Shown piece by piece: positions 8,570 through 19,159 of a stretch of 46,259 nucleotides of DNA (its first letter is position 1; every line of letters begins with the position of its first letter). Under the pieces are notes generated by a model, which was given only the letters and a program-made list of their open reading frames with translations, was not told the DNA's origin and searched no databases. This DNA comes from Campylobacteraceae bacterium. Its GTDB lineage: Bacteria; Campylobacterota; Campylobacteria; Campylobacterales; Sulfurovaceae. The stretch spans positions 1 to 46,259 of the forward strand of contig JALUMR010000022.1 of the NCBI GenBank assembly GCA_027055805.1, in the 5' to 3' direction. The position numbers and the translations under genes are program-made.

Positions 8570-10824
8570 TGAGTACTATTAGAAATGTAGAGCCAAAAGC
8601 CATAAACCTTACGATAGATGGAAAAGCTTGTTCAGCTGTTTTTGGACAAACTATTCTTGAAATCGCTAGAGAGAATGACATTTACATTCCGACCATGTGT
8701 TACCTTACTAAAACATTGCCTATTGCATCATGTCGTATGTGTGTGGTAGACGTTGAAGGTGTGGATGGTCTGATTTTATCATGCCAAGAGAAAGCAACCG
8801 ATGGTGCTGTGATAAATACTCAAAATGATGAACTTTATAAAGAGCGTCAAAACATTATGAAACTCTATAACGTAAACCACCCTTTAGAGTGTGGTGTATG
8901 TGATAAGAGTGGTGAGTGTGATTTACAGAACAAAACCATGGAGTTTGGTGTAAGTGGACAAAACTTTACAACCAAAGAACCTGCTCGACCTGTACAAAAC
9001 TGGGGTGTTGTCTCTTATGACCCTGCCTTATGTATTATGTGTGAAAAGTGTGTCCGTGTCTCAACAGAAATTACAGGTGATGAAGCACTAAAAGTTAAAT
9101 TTGGTGGGTACTCTTCTACGATTATAAATGTAAAAGAGGATGCCAACTATAAAACTTTAGGTGAAGCAGCAGCTGTTTGTCCTGTGGGAGCTTTGGTTGA
9201 TACAAGCTTTAAGTACACAGCAAATGCTTGGGAGTTGACACAGATTCCATCTTCTTGTCCACACTGTGGAGCAGGTCATGATGTAAATTATGAAGTACGG
9301 CATGGAAAAGTTTACCGTGTGACGAATCAAGCAGAATTTTCTACAATGTGTTCGGCTTCTCGTTATGGATTTGATTTTGACAATAAAAATGTTAAAAAAG
9401 ATGTTTCTTCATTTAATAGTGCTATAGAAGCATTTGAAAATGCTAGAACTATTCTTTTCTCAAATGAGACTTCAAATGAAGAGGCACTTATTTTCCAAAA
9501 GTTAAAAAAGGAGAGAGGTTATAAACTTATCTCTTCTGAGGCGAGAGCTTACCAAAAATTCATGAATGCCTATGGTAGTGTGACTGGAAAATTGTTAGCC
9601 AATGGAACATTAGATAAACTGACAAAGTCAAGAGCTGTCATTGTTATGGGAACACGCATTAATGATGATGCTCCTATTGTAAAATACCATCTTAATATGG
9701 CAAGTAAGTGGCAAAGAGCAAGAGTTGTTTACATGCACCCCATAGCTGATGATGAGATATCAAATATAGTGACTCAATTCATTAAGTATGAAGCTGGTTC
9801 AGAAGAGGGTGTGGCTGCACTTTTAGCAGATACACTGCTAAAAGATACTGATTTACCTGAGGCTATTCGCGCTGTTTTAAATGACTTAGACATAGGTAAC
9901 TTATCGGCTGAATCAAACGTTGGTGAAGAGGAGCTTGAAACTTTAAGAAAATCACTGCTTAAAAAAGTGGGTTACTCTTTGGTTGTTGGGTCTGACTTAT
10001 ATGCTCATCCAAGAGCTCAAAACATAGCCAAACTCTTAGCATTGCTTGAAAAGTATGCAGGGTTCAATGTAATTTGCATTCCTCCAGCTGGAAACGCGAT
10101 GGGTATTTCACTTATTTGTGAGCTTGATGATGAAGCAGAAGGTTCAACTGTTGGTTACAACGTTAAAGGTGATTTCACTCTTTCTGCCTTAGGTGATGGT
10201 GACTTAGATATGCCAGCCCTTAATCAGCAAGAGGGAACATTAACAGCATTGACTAAACGTGTGGTTCCTATGAATGTGGTCTTAGAGTATGGAGGCTATG
10301 TTCTAAATGATATTGCTAACGCTTTAGGCTTAAGTGCTGAATATACTATTGAGTATACGAAAGAGCTTCCAAGTAAAAAAGGATTTGAAGCAGTAGAGTT
10401 TGACTCTTTACCAGACTATTTTGATGCTGTAGGAGCAGAACATAGAGGATACCTTTTAAATGAGGTTGAAGTAGCTGTAGATGAAACGTTAGAAGAACCA
10501 GTAGAGATGGATGGATATGATGGAACCGTTGTTTATAACTGTAACCCACAGGAACATTTTTCTGCATTTACTGCAAAATCTAAAAATTTAGAGCAAAATG
10601 CTTACCTAAGAGGTTCGCAACAATTTGCAACAGCTGCAAAACTAGCAGATGGTGATAAGATAAGTTACATTATTGATGGTGTTAAATTTGAAAGAGTGTT
10701 TAAGATTGATACATCTCTAAAAGGTACCATTGCCCTTAACCCAACGTTTGATATGGGATTAAGTTCGGCTTTGATATCCTCTTATAGATTTAATCAAGTA
10801 GAGATTGAAAAGGTAGGAAGCTAA
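8566..10824 (+). CDS. nuoG: NuoG-like Fe-S subunit, paralog 1
   Basis: PTMC...CRMC...C (2Fe-2S), HPLECGVCDKSGEC and CIMCEKC...CP. Start moved to the ATG overlapping the upstream TGA (ATGA at 8566). Confidence 0.85.
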   Translation: MMSTIRNVEPKAINLTIDGKACSAVFGQTILEIARENDIYIPTMCYLTKTLPIASCRMCVVDVEGVDGLILSCQEKATDGAVINTQNDELYKERQNIMKLYNVNHPLECGVCDKSGECDLQNKTMEFGVSGQNFTTKEPARPVQNWGVVSYDPALCIMCEKCVRVSTEITGDEALKVKFGGYSSTIINVKEDANYKTLGEAAAVCPVGALVDTSFKYTANAWELTQIPSSCPHCGAGHDVNYEVRHGKVYRVTNQAEFSTMCSASRYGFDFDNKNVKKDVSSFNSAIEAFENARTILFSNETSNEEALIFQKLKKERGYKLISSEARAYQKFMNAYGSVTGKLLANGTLDKLTKSRAVIVMGTRINDDAPIVKYHLNMASKWQRARVVYMHPIADDEISNIVTQFIKYEAGSEEGVAALLADTLLKDTDLPEAIRAVLNDLDIGNLSAESNVGEEELETLRKSLLKKVGYSLVVGSDLYAHPRAQNIAKLLALLEKYAGFNVICIPPAGNAMGISLICELDDEAEGSTVGYNVKGDFTLSALGDGDLDMPALNQQEGTLTALTKRVVPMNVVLEYGGYVLNDIANALGLSAEYTIEYTKELPSKKGFEAVEFDSLPDYFDAVGAEHRGYLLNEVEVAVDETLEEPVEMDGYDGTVVYNCNPQEHFSAFTAKSKNLEQNAYLRGSQQFATAAKLADGDKISYIIDGVKFERVFKIDTSLKGTIALNPTFDMGLSSALISSYRFNQVEIEKVGS

Positions 10825-10825
10825 T

Positions 10826-13156
10826 ATGAGTGAAGTACAAACAGTAGAAAATATGGTAAGTATTACTATTGATGGTGTCGATTATAAGGCAAAAGAGGGT
10901 GAATACATCCTTAATGCTGCTCGTGCCAACGATATATTTATTCCTGCTATCTGTTACTTAACAAGATGTTCACCGACATTGGCATGTCGTTTATGTCTTG
11001 TTGAAGCAGATGGGAAGCAGGTTTATTCTTGTAATGCAAAAGTAAAAGAGGGCATGGAGATTACGGTTAGTACACCAGACATTCTAGCAGAGCGACGAGC
11101 GATGATGGAAGTTTATGATGTTAACCATCCACTACAGTGTGGTGTTTGTGATCAAAGTGGAGAGTGTGAGTTACAAAACTACACATTAGAATTGGGTGTA
11201 GATTCACAATCATATACCATTCAAGATACAAAAAGAGAAGCGACCAATTGGTCTTCTGTTCTTCATTACGATCCAGGTCTATGTATCGTTTGTGAGCGTT
11301 GTACAACGGTCTGTAAAGATATGATTGGTGATGCTGCAATTAAAACAACCAAGCGTGGTGGTGAAGCACTTGATAAAGCATGGAAAGATGAGATGCCTAA
11401 AGATGCATACGCTATGTGGAACAAGTTACAAAAGTCTGTGATTGCACCAAGTAATGGTACAGAGCATACAAACTGTTCTGATTGTGGTGAGTGTGTGGCA
11501 GTTTGTCCTGTTGGAGCCTTGGTATCAAGAGACTTTGTCTATACATCAAATGCTTGGGATTTGAAGAAGATTCCTGCAACATGTGCTCACTGTAGCTCAG
11601 GTTGTCAGATTTACTATGAGACCAAACCAGCATCTATAGAAGACAGAACAGAAAAAATCTTCCGTGTAACCAATGAGTGGAACTATGTCTCTCTTTGTGG
11701 AGCAGGGCGATTTGGTTATGACTTTGAAAACAGAACAGCAACCAAAGATGCTACAACATTTGCAGCAGCTGTTAAAGCGTTTAAAAAAGCAAAAGTAATT
11801 AACTTTAACTCTGTAATTACGAATGAAGAGGCACTTATGCTTCAAACATTAAAAGAGAAATTGGGTGTGAAGCTTATTAACAGAGAAGCAAGAGCATTTC
11901 AACGTTTCTTAGGTTTCTATAGCGAAGCTTCTGGTCAATCACTCTACTCTTTAGATTTCAAAGAGGTTATGGCAACTGATTTTGTAATGTCTGTAGGTTC
12001 AAGCCTTAGAAATGACAACCCAAATGCACGTTATGCCTTTAACAATGTTCAAAAACTAAATAAAGGTGCAGGTTTATACTTCCACCCAGTTGGAGATACC
12101 TTGGTTCCTACTTTTGGTAAAAATATTGAGATGTTTGCTCATAAAGTGGGACATGAAGAGGCTGCATTACTTTTCATTATTAAACTCTTTGCAGACCAAG
12201 ATAAGCTTCCATCTTCTGTTAAAGAGCAACTAGACAGTGACTTTGTAGAACTTTTAGGTGGAGACACAGCGAAGTTTGAAAAAAGTTTTGAGAAGATGAT
12301 GAAGAAAAAAGAGTCTTTCTCATTAATGGTTGGTGAAGATTTATACTTCCATGAAAAAGCTGAAAACTTAGCGAAACTTATAGCTGTTCTTGAAGCATCA
12401 TCAGAGGTTAAAGTAGCCATGATTCCACCAAAAACCAACTCATTGGGTGTGGCACTTATTTGTGACCTTGATGATGAAGCTGAAGGTTACACCATAGGTT
12501 ATAACGAATCTGGTGACTTTAAACTCTCTGCTCTTGGAGATGGCGATTTAGATATGCCTGCAATGAACCAACAAGAGGGTACATTGACCAACATGCATAA
12601 ACGAGTAACTCCTACCAATGCAGCACTTGAATATAACGGTTATGTGTTAAATGATATTGTAAGAGAAGTAGCATCAGCTCCAAAAGAGACCATTATGTGG
12701 ACAGAGCATCTTCCAGTTTCTAAAGGATTCAAAGCTGTTGAGTTTGATTCTCTTCCAAATCACTATACAAATGATGGTGTAGAGCATAGAGGTTATCTGC
12801 TTGAGTCTACATCAGTAGAAGTTGAAGAGATTTCAGTTGATAAGTTTGATGATTCAAATGCATTAGAGGGTGAGATTGCTTATAGATGTAATCCTCAAAG
12901 ACAGTTTAATGATTTCTCTGACAAAGCACACCAAATTTTTGAAGGGTTTGGACTTTATACAAGTCCTGCAAAAGCTGAAGCACTTAGTTCTAAAGTTGAA
13001 GTAGAGTTTGCCAATGGAAAACTTACTTTAGATGTCATCGTTGATGAGAGAATGGAAGGTGACATTGTTGCCATTCCCGATTTTAAATCTGCTGAAAATA
13101 TCTATGAACTCTTTGCTGGGTCAAGATATCAAACAGTAACAATTAAGGAGGTATAA
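10826..13156 (+). CDS. nuoG: NADH-quinone oxidoreductase subunit G, paralog 2
   Basis: PAIC...CRLC...C, HPLQCGVCDQSGEC, CIVCERCTTVC, CSDCGECVAVCP and CAHCSSGC...C. Confidence 0.92.
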   Translation: MSEVQTVENMVSITIDGVDYKAKEGEYILNAARANDIFIPAICYLTRCSPTLACRLCLVEADGKQVYSCNAKVKEGMEITVSTPDILAERRAMMEVYDVNHPLQCGVCDQSGECELQNYTLELGVDSQSYTIQDTKREATNWSSVLHYDPGLCIVCERCTTVCKDMIGDAAIKTTKRGGEALDKAWKDEMPKDAYAMWNKLQKSVIAPSNGTEHTNCSDCGECVAVCPVGALVSRDFVYTSNAWDLKKIPATCAHCSSGCQIYYETKPASIEDRTEKIFRVTNEWNYVSLCGAGRFGYDFENRTATKDATTFAAAVKAFKKAKVINFNSVITNEEALMLQTLKEKLGVKLINREARAFQRFLGFYSEASGQSLYSLDFKEVMATDFVMSVGSSLRNDNPNARYAFNNVQKLNKGAGLYFHPVGDTLVPTFGKNIEMFAHKVGHEEAALLFIIKLFADQDKLPSSVKEQLDSDFVELLGGDTAKFEKSFEKMMKKKESFSLMVGEDLYFHEKAENLAKLIAVLEASSEVKVAMIPPKTNSLGVALICDLDDEAEGYTIGYNESGDFKLSALGDGDLDMPAMNQQEGTLTNMHKRVTPTNAALEYNGYVLNDIVREVASAPKETIMWTEHLPVSKGFKAVEFDSLPNHYTNDGVEHRGYLLESTSVEVEEISVDKFDDSNALEGEIAYRCNPQRQFNDFSDKAHQIFEGFGLYTSPAKAEALSSKVEVEFANGKLTLDVIVDERMEGDIVAIPDFKSAENIYELFAGSRYQTVTIKEV

Positions 13157-13158
13157 AT

Positions 13159-14172
13159 ATGGACGCAACACATTTACCCGAAGTAACTGCTGCAGGGGTT
13201 ATCATCAAAGCTGTTTTGATTTTAGCCGTTATCGCAGCAATTGCTGGATTTGGTACGTATATTGAGCGTAAGATACTTGCATTTATGCAAAGAAGGTATG
13301 GACCACAGCATGTTGGTCCTTATGGACTGTTACAGTTAGTAGCTGATGGTATTAAACTTTTTACAAAAGAGGATATTATTCCTCAACATGCCAATAAAAT
13401 TATATTTGCTGTTGCTCCTGTAATTACAGCTGCCACAGCATTTATAGCTTTAGCAGCAGTACCTGTTTTTCCTGATTTTACCATTCCATTTATAGATGTT
13501 TACGTACCTTCAATTGCCTCTGATATTAATATTGGTATCTTGTTTGTTCTTGGTATGATGGCAGCTGGTCTTTATGGTCCACTTTTAGCTGGTATGGCTC
13601 AAGCAAACAAATGGGGAATCATCGGTTCGGCAAGAACTGCTATTCAGTTTTTATCATACGAAGTTGTAACAGGGCTTTCTATATTGGCTCCTATTATGAT
13701 GGTTGGTTCTTTATCTTTTGTTGATTTTAATGATTATCAAGCAGATGGTACTTGGTTGGTTGTTTATCAACCAGTTGCATTTATACTCTTCTTAATCGCT
13801 GGATTTGCAGAGACCAACAGAACACCATTTGACCTTTTGGAGCATGAAGCAGAGATTATCTCTGGTTATGTAACGGAGTACTCTGGTATGAGATGGGGAC
13901 TCTTCTTTATCGGTGAGTATGCGAACATGATTACCATTGGTGTTATTGCATCGGTTGTATTCTTGGGTGGATACAATGATTTCTGGATATTCCCAGGTTG
14001 GTTGATGATTATTGGAAAAATTGCTTTTTCATTCTTCTTCATGTTATGGGTAAGAGCAGCTTGGCCTCATGTAAGACCAGATCAGTTAATGTGGCTTTGT
14101 TGGAAAGTCTTAATGCCATTGGCTGTTGTAAACGTAGTTATCACAGGTATTGTGATAATGTTAGTTCAATAA
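13159..14172 (+). CDS. nuoH: NADH-quinone oxidoreductase subunit H
   Basis: ERKILAFMQRR.GP, DGIKLFTKE and AETNRTPFDL. Confidence 0.97.
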   Translation: MDATHLPEVTAAGVIIKAVLILAVIAAIAGFGTYIERKILAFMQRRYGPQHVGPYGLLQLVADGIKLFTKEDIIPQHANKIIFAVAPVITAATAFIALAAVPVFPDFTIPFIDVYVPSIASDINIGILFVLGMMAAGLYGPLLAGMAQANKWGIIGSARTAIQFLSYEVVTGLSILAPIMMVGSLSFVDFNDYQADGTWLVVYQPVAFILFLIAGFAETNRTPFDLLEHEAEIISGYVTEYSGMRWGLFFIGEYANMITIGVIASVVFLGGYNDFWIFPGWLMIIGKIAFSFFFMLWVRAAWPHVRPDQLMWLCWKVLMPLAVVNVVITGIVIMLVQ

Positions 14173-14181
14173 GGAGTAAAT

Positions 14182-14805
14182 ATGAGTTTAGAACAATTTA
14201 AAAACAGAAATGTTGGAACACAAAATTACAAGACTTTAGACTTAGACCATACTCCTGTAACAGGAATGGGACAGTTTAAACAAGTGGTTTCGAGAACCTT
14301 TAAGCCAGAGCTATTTGTAGGGCTTTGGGTAACATTTAGAGAGATGATAAATGCACTCTTTAGAGGGAAAATGCATACCACTCAATATCCATTTGAAAAG
14401 TTGCCTATATCTCCACGATACAGAGCCATTCATGATATGTTGAGACTGTTAGAGTCTGGACATTACCGATGTATTGGTTGTGGTCTTTGTGAGAAGATTT
14501 GTATCTCTAACTGTATCACTATGGATACCCAGTATGATGAAAATCAGCGTAAAGAGGTTTCGGAATATACCATTAACTTTGGTCGATGTATCTTCTGTGG
14601 TTACTGTGCTGAAGTGTGTCCTGAGTTGGCAATTGTCCATGGACCTCGTTATGAGACAGCTTCAGAGCAGAGAGCATCATTCTCACTCTTTGAAGACATG
14701 TTGACACCAATTGACCAGTTGAATCTTCAACAAGAGTATCAAGGGTTTGGTGCGATTAGTCCAAATGCTGATGAGAACATTAAAAAAACGCCACTGGCGT
14801 ACTAA
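14182..14805 (+). CDS. nuoI: NADH-quinone oxidoreductase subunit I
   Basis: CIGCGLCEKIC and CIFCGYCAEVCP. Confidence 0.96.
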   Translation: MSLEQFKNRNVGTQNYKTLDLDHTPVTGMGQFKQVVSRTFKPELFVGLWVTFREMINALFRGKMHTTQYPFEKLPISPRYRAIHDMLRLLESGHYRCIGCGLCEKICISNCITMDTQYDENQRKEVSEYTINFGRCIFCGYCAEVCPELAIVHGPRYETASEQRASFSLFEDMLTPIDQLNLQQEYQGFGAISPNADENIKKTPLAY

Positions 14806-14817
14806 AAGGAGAAGAAA

Positions 14818-15402
14818 ATGTATGAATTTGTAGCCTTTTACATCTTTGCGATTGCAACAACAATTTTGTTCTTGATAACCGTAATGAGTAAAAACGTACT
14901 GTACTCCATGACATCTCTTGCAGCTGGAATGGTTTTAATTTCAGGACTCTTCTTCCTTTTGGGAGCAGATTTCTTAGGTGTTGTTCAACTGATTGTTTAT
15001 GTGGGTGCTGTTATGGCACTGTATTCATTTGCGATGATGTTTTTTGATGCAACAAAAGATGTTAAAGAGAAGCATGGAAACTCAACTTTAGTATTCTTAC
15101 TAGGTGGGTTAATGGCACTTGTGTTTGTGGTTATGTTCTCAGCACCTATTATAGGTGAGAATATTCAAGCACTCTATCCTGTTGGATTGGCTGAAAATTT
15201 AGGTGTGAGTGGAAATGCACAAGATGTTGGACTTGTACTCTTTACTAAATATTTGGTTCCTTTTGAAGTGGCAGCACTTATGTTACTTGTAGCAATGATT
15301 GCAGGTATTATTTTGGCTGGTAAGAAAATGGATTACTCTTTAACCGAGTGTGAAGCATCAGATGAAGAGCTTCAAAAAGAGATTAAGAAAGAGGAGGCGT
15401 AA
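14818..15402 (+). CDS. nuoJ: NADH-quinone oxidoreductase subunit J
   Basis: QLIVYVGAVM and YLVPFE; operon order. Confidence 0.95.
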   Translation: MYEFVAFYIFAIATTILFLITVMSKNVLYSMTSLAAGMVLISGLFFLLGADFLGVVQLIVYVGAVMALYSFAMMFFDATKDVKEKHGNSTLVFLLGGLMALVFVVMFSAPIIGENIQALYPVGLAENLGVSGNAQDVGLVLFTKYLVPFEVAALMLLVAMIAGIILAGKKMDYSLTECEASDEELQKEIKKEEA

Positions 15403-15404
15403 CA

Positions 15405-15710
15405 ATGGAGATAGGTATTAGTCATTATCTTATACTATCAGGTATTTTGTTTAGTATCGGATTTGTAGGAGTACTAAGAAGAAAAAATCTTTTGATGCTC
15501 TTCTTCGCTACGGAAATTATGTTGAATGCAGTAAACATTGCATTTGCATCTATTGGTAACTATTATGGTGATTTATCAGGTCAAATGTTTGCCTTTTTCA
15601 TCATCGCTGTTGCAGCATCAGAAGTTGCTGTTGGTTTGGGACTTTTAATTATACTTTATAAAAAGTATGGTTCATTAGACCTTGATGTTATTTCAACAAT
15701 GAAAGGATAG
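15405..15710 (+). CDS. nuoK: NADH-quinone oxidoreductase subunit K
   Basis: EIMLNAVN and AASEVAVGL. Confidence 0.96.
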   Translation: MEIGISHYLILSGILFSIGFVGVLRRKNLLMLFFATEIMLNAVNIAFASIGNYYGDLSGQMFAFFIIAVAASEVAVGLGLLIILYKKYGSLDLDVISTMKG

Positions 15711-15715
15711 GAAGA

Positions 15716-17626
15716 ATGGAAAATTTAGTATACATAGCACTCTTTGCTCCTTTTGTTGGATCACTGTTTGCTGGACTCTTTTTTGCAAGAAGTCCCAAGA
15801 CACATTTGGTAGGAGTTGTCAACTCGAGCCTTATTGGGATTGCATTTATTGCTGCGGTGACACTAGCACTACATGTTGCAGAGCATGGGGCTGTTCATGT
15901 AACAATGATGAGTTGGATATCTGCTGGTGATTTAAGTATCCCTTTTGGTTTCTTAGTCGATGAAGTATCTGTTACTATGATGCTTGTTGTTACTTTGGTC
16001 TCTACCATTGTACACATCTACTCTACTGGGTATATGAACCATGATAAAGCGTATAATCGTTTCTTTGCTTACCTTTCAGCATTTGTTTTTTCTATGATGA
16101 TTTTGGTCATGAGTGACAACTTTGCAGGATTGTTTATTGGTTGGGAAGGGGTTGGTGTCTGTTCTTGGTTACTAATTGGCTTTTGGTACCATAAAGAAGA
16201 TAAAACTTTTGAAGAGAACCCATCAATCTCACCATCTTGGGCAGCAAACGAAGCATTTATTATGAACCGTGTAGCTGACCTTGGTATGTTGGTTGGTATC
16301 TTCCTTATCTACTGGAATGTTGGTTCACTTCAATATGATGTAGTCTTTAATGCACTTCCTCATTTGGCTGATGGATTGTTGGTCTCAATTGCAATTGCAC
16401 TCTTTATTGGTGCAATGGGTAAATCGGCTCAGTTCCCATTACATACATGGTTAACCGATGCAATGGAAGGTCCTACACCTGTTTCTGCACTAATTCACGC
16501 AGCGACTATGGTAACAGCAGGGGTATTTTTAGTTATTCGTGCGAACCCTCTCTACTCTTTAGAGGCAGTACATGGTGTTTCAATGTTTATTGCTTCTCTT
16601 GGTGCATTTGTAGCGTTCTATGCAGCGTCAATGGCATTGAGTGCGAGAGACATTAAACGTATTGTTGCTCTTTCAACCCTCTCACAGTTAGGGTACATGT
16701 TTGCAGCTGCTGGTCTTGGTGCGTATTGGATTGCTCTTTTCCACCTTGCAGCTCATGCATTCTTTAAAGCACTTCTCTTCTTGGGTGCAGGTAACGTTAT
16801 GCACGCGATGGATGATGAACTTGACATCTTTAAGATGGGTGGAATGAAAAAAGTGATGATGGGTTCTTATGTTTACATGGGAATTGCTTCATTTGCTCTA
16901 GCAGGTCTTCCAATTATGGCAGGTTTCTACTCAAAAGATGCCATTATCGAAACAGCATTTAATGATGGCTCATTTATTATTTGGGCTATTTTGGTTATTA
17001 CAGCAGGTATGACAGCATTCTATAGCTTTAGACAAGTATTCTTTACCTTCCATGGTGAAGAGCGTTACAAAGCCTTAGGTTTTCATCCACATGATATGTA
17101 CAAATATGTATTGGTAGCAATGGCACCATTGGCTATCTTGGCTATTTCATTTGGTTGGTTTATGGATAACTTCCATGAGTTTATTACTAAAAACTTACCT
17201 GACTATGAGATGAGTCATGAGACTCACCATTTAGCTCCATACCTTGGAGGATTGGTTATTGTTTTGGCATTGACTGGAATCTTTATTGCTTGGAAAAAAT
17301 ATGCTGGAAAAGGTGCTAATGCTTGGAAAAGAGATGAAGAGTTTGAGCAATCATTTATCTATAAATTGGTAGCAAACCAATATTATGTTCCAAGATTTTA
17401 TGATGAGTTCATCGTTCAACCTTATACAATGGCATCGAAAAAATTCTGGGAGATAGATAAAGCAGTAGTTGATGGCTTTGTTGACCTTATTGGAAAAATG
17501 TCTTATAAGTCAGGAGATGTTTCTAGAGGTATGCAGACAGGTAGTCTTTCAGCGTACTTAAATTGGATGGGTGTGGGTGCATTGTTATTAATAGTTGCTG
17601 CAGCCATTACTGCATTGATAGGTTAA
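15716..17626 (+). CDS. nuoL: NADH-quinone oxidoreductase subunit L
   Basis: GKSAQFPLHTWL.DAMEGPTPVSALIHAATMV and HAFFKALLFL. Confidence 0.97.
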   Translation: MENLVYIALFAPFVGSLFAGLFFARSPKTHLVGVVNSSLIGIAFIAAVTLALHVAEHGAVHVTMMSWISAGDLSIPFGFLVDEVSVTMMLVVTLVSTIVHIYSTGYMNHDKAYNRFFAYLSAFVFSMMILVMSDNFAGLFIGWEGVGVCSWLLIGFWYHKEDKTFEENPSISPSWAANEAFIMNRVADLGMLVGIFLIYWNVGSLQYDVVFNALPHLADGLLVSIAIALFIGAMGKSAQFPLHTWLTDAMEGPTPVSALIHAATMVTAGVFLVIRANPLYSLEAVHGVSMFIASLGAFVAFYAASMALSARDIKRIVALSTLSQLGYMFAAAGLGAYWIALFHLAAHAFFKALLFLGAGNVMHAMDDELDIFKMGGMKKVMMGSYVYMGIASFALAGLPIMAGFYSKDAIIETAFNDGSFIIWAILVITAGMTAFYSFRQVFFTFHGEERYKALGFHPHDMYKYVLVAMAPLAILAISFGWFMDNFHEFITKNLPDYEMSHETHHLAPYLGGLVIVLALTGIFIAWKKYAGKGANAWKRDEEFEQSFIYKLVANQYYVPRFYDEFIVQPYTMASKKFWEIDKAVVDGFVDLIGKMSYKSGDVSRGMQTGSLSAYLNWMGVGALLLIVAAAITALIG

Positions 17627-17635
17627 GGAGAAGAT

Positions 17636-19159
17636 ATGGATTATATATTAAGTATATTAATATTTTTCCCTGCAATAGCAGGGATATTAGGGTTTGTTGT
17701 TGATAAAGGCTCTGCGAAAGCATATGGAGTTTCTGTAGCAGCCATTGAGTTACTATTGGCACTTGGATTGTGGGCATCGTTTGATACTACTAACCCAGGA
17801 ATGCAATTTACTGAGTTCTCTCCGATTATTTCACAATTTGGGATTTCGTATAATGTAGGGGTTGATGGTATTTCATTGTTTATTGTAATCATGGCAGCAT
17901 TAATTACTCTTTTAGGAATTATCTTACTTCGTGATGACACTAAGAATATGAAGAACATGATTGTTTCTCTTCTTTTTTTAGAGATGACAATGGTAGGGGT
18001 TTTCCTTTCACTAGATGCAATTATCTTTTACATGTTCTGGGAGCTTTCATTGGTTCCAATGCTTTATATTATTGGAGCATGGGGTGGACCAGATAGAGTC
18101 TACGCAGCTGTTAAGTTTTTCCTCTATACTTTTGCTGGTTCATTGATAATGTTGGTTGGTCTTTTAGCTATGGCATACCTATTCCATTTAGAGTCAGGTA
18201 TTTGGTCATTTAACTTATTAGATTGGTATACATTAAAACTTACAACCAATCAGCAGTTCTGGTTATTCTTGGCATTCTTCTCTGGTTTTGCTATTAAAGT
18301 TCCAATGTTCCCATTCCATACATGGTTACCATGGGCTCACGGACAAGCACCAACCATTGGTTCTGTTATTCTTGCAGCCGTACTTCTTAAAATGGGTACC
18401 TATGGATTTGTTAGATTTTCACTACCGATTTTACCAGATGCGTCAGTAACATTTACACCATTTATTATGGCATTATCGCTTATAATGGTTATTTATACAG
18501 CGATGGTGGCATTTGCACAAAAAGATATGAAACAAGTTATTGCATACTCATCGGTTTCACACATGGGTATTATTATGATTGGTGTGTTTGCTATGAACGC
18601 AGAAGGTCTTGGTGGTTCTATCTTCTTAATGTTGTCACACGGAATTGTCTCAGGGGCGTTGTTTATGCTCGTAGGTGTTATCTATGAGAGAACAGGTACA
18701 AAAATTATGGATGAGTTTGGTGGATTGGCTGCTGTTATGCCAGTTTACGCAACGGTATTTGGTGTAATGCTTATGGCATCAGTAGGTTTACCACTAACTA
18801 TTGGTTTTGTTGGAGAGTTCTTGGTTCTTTTAGGATTCTATAAAGTATCTGCTATTGGTACAATTTTAGCTGGTACAACCATTATTATTGGTTCAGTATA
18901 TATGTTGGCACTGTTTAAAAAATCATTTTTTGGACCCGTTAGACATGAGAAAAATCTTGGTCTAAAAGATTTAGATAGAAGAGAACTTACAGCACTATTG
19001 CCACTGGTTGCTATTGTTGTATGGTTGGGTGTCTATCCTAAACCTATTTTAGAACCAATTGATAACTCTGTTAAGGCGTTACTGGTTCAAATGGAAAATC
19101 ACGCACAATTAGAGTCTACTAAAGAAGCTATCATCGTGAGTAAAAAGGAGGTAAAATAA
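17636..19159 (+). CDS. nuoM: NADH-quinone oxidoreductase subunit M
   Basis: [22 protein letters not shown] and [10 protein letters not shown]. Confidence 0.97.
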   Translation: MDYILSILIFFPAIAGILGFVVDKGSAKAYGVSVAAIELLLALGLWASFDTTNPGMQFTEFSPIISQFGISYNVGVDGISLFIVIMAALITLLGIILLRDDTKNMKNMIVSLLFLEMTMVGVFLSLDAIIFYMFWELSLVPMLYIIGAWGGPDRVYAAVKFFLYTFAGSLIMLVGLLAMAYLFHLESGIWSFNLLDWYTLKLTTNQQFWLFLAFFSGFAIKVPMFPFHTWLPWAHGQAPTIGSVILAAVLLKMGTYGFVRFSLPILPDASVTFTPFIMALSLIMVIYTAMVAFAQKDMKQVIAYSSVSHMGIIMIGVFAMNAEGLGGSIFLMLSHGIVSGALFMLVGVIYERTGTKIMDEFGGLAAVMPVYATVFGVMLMASVGLPLTIGFVGEFLVLLGFYKVSAIGTILAGTTIIIGSVYMLALFKKSFFGPVRHEKNLGLKDLDRRELTALLPLVAIVVWLGVYPKPILEPIDNSVKALLVQMENHAQLESTKEAIIVSKKEVK

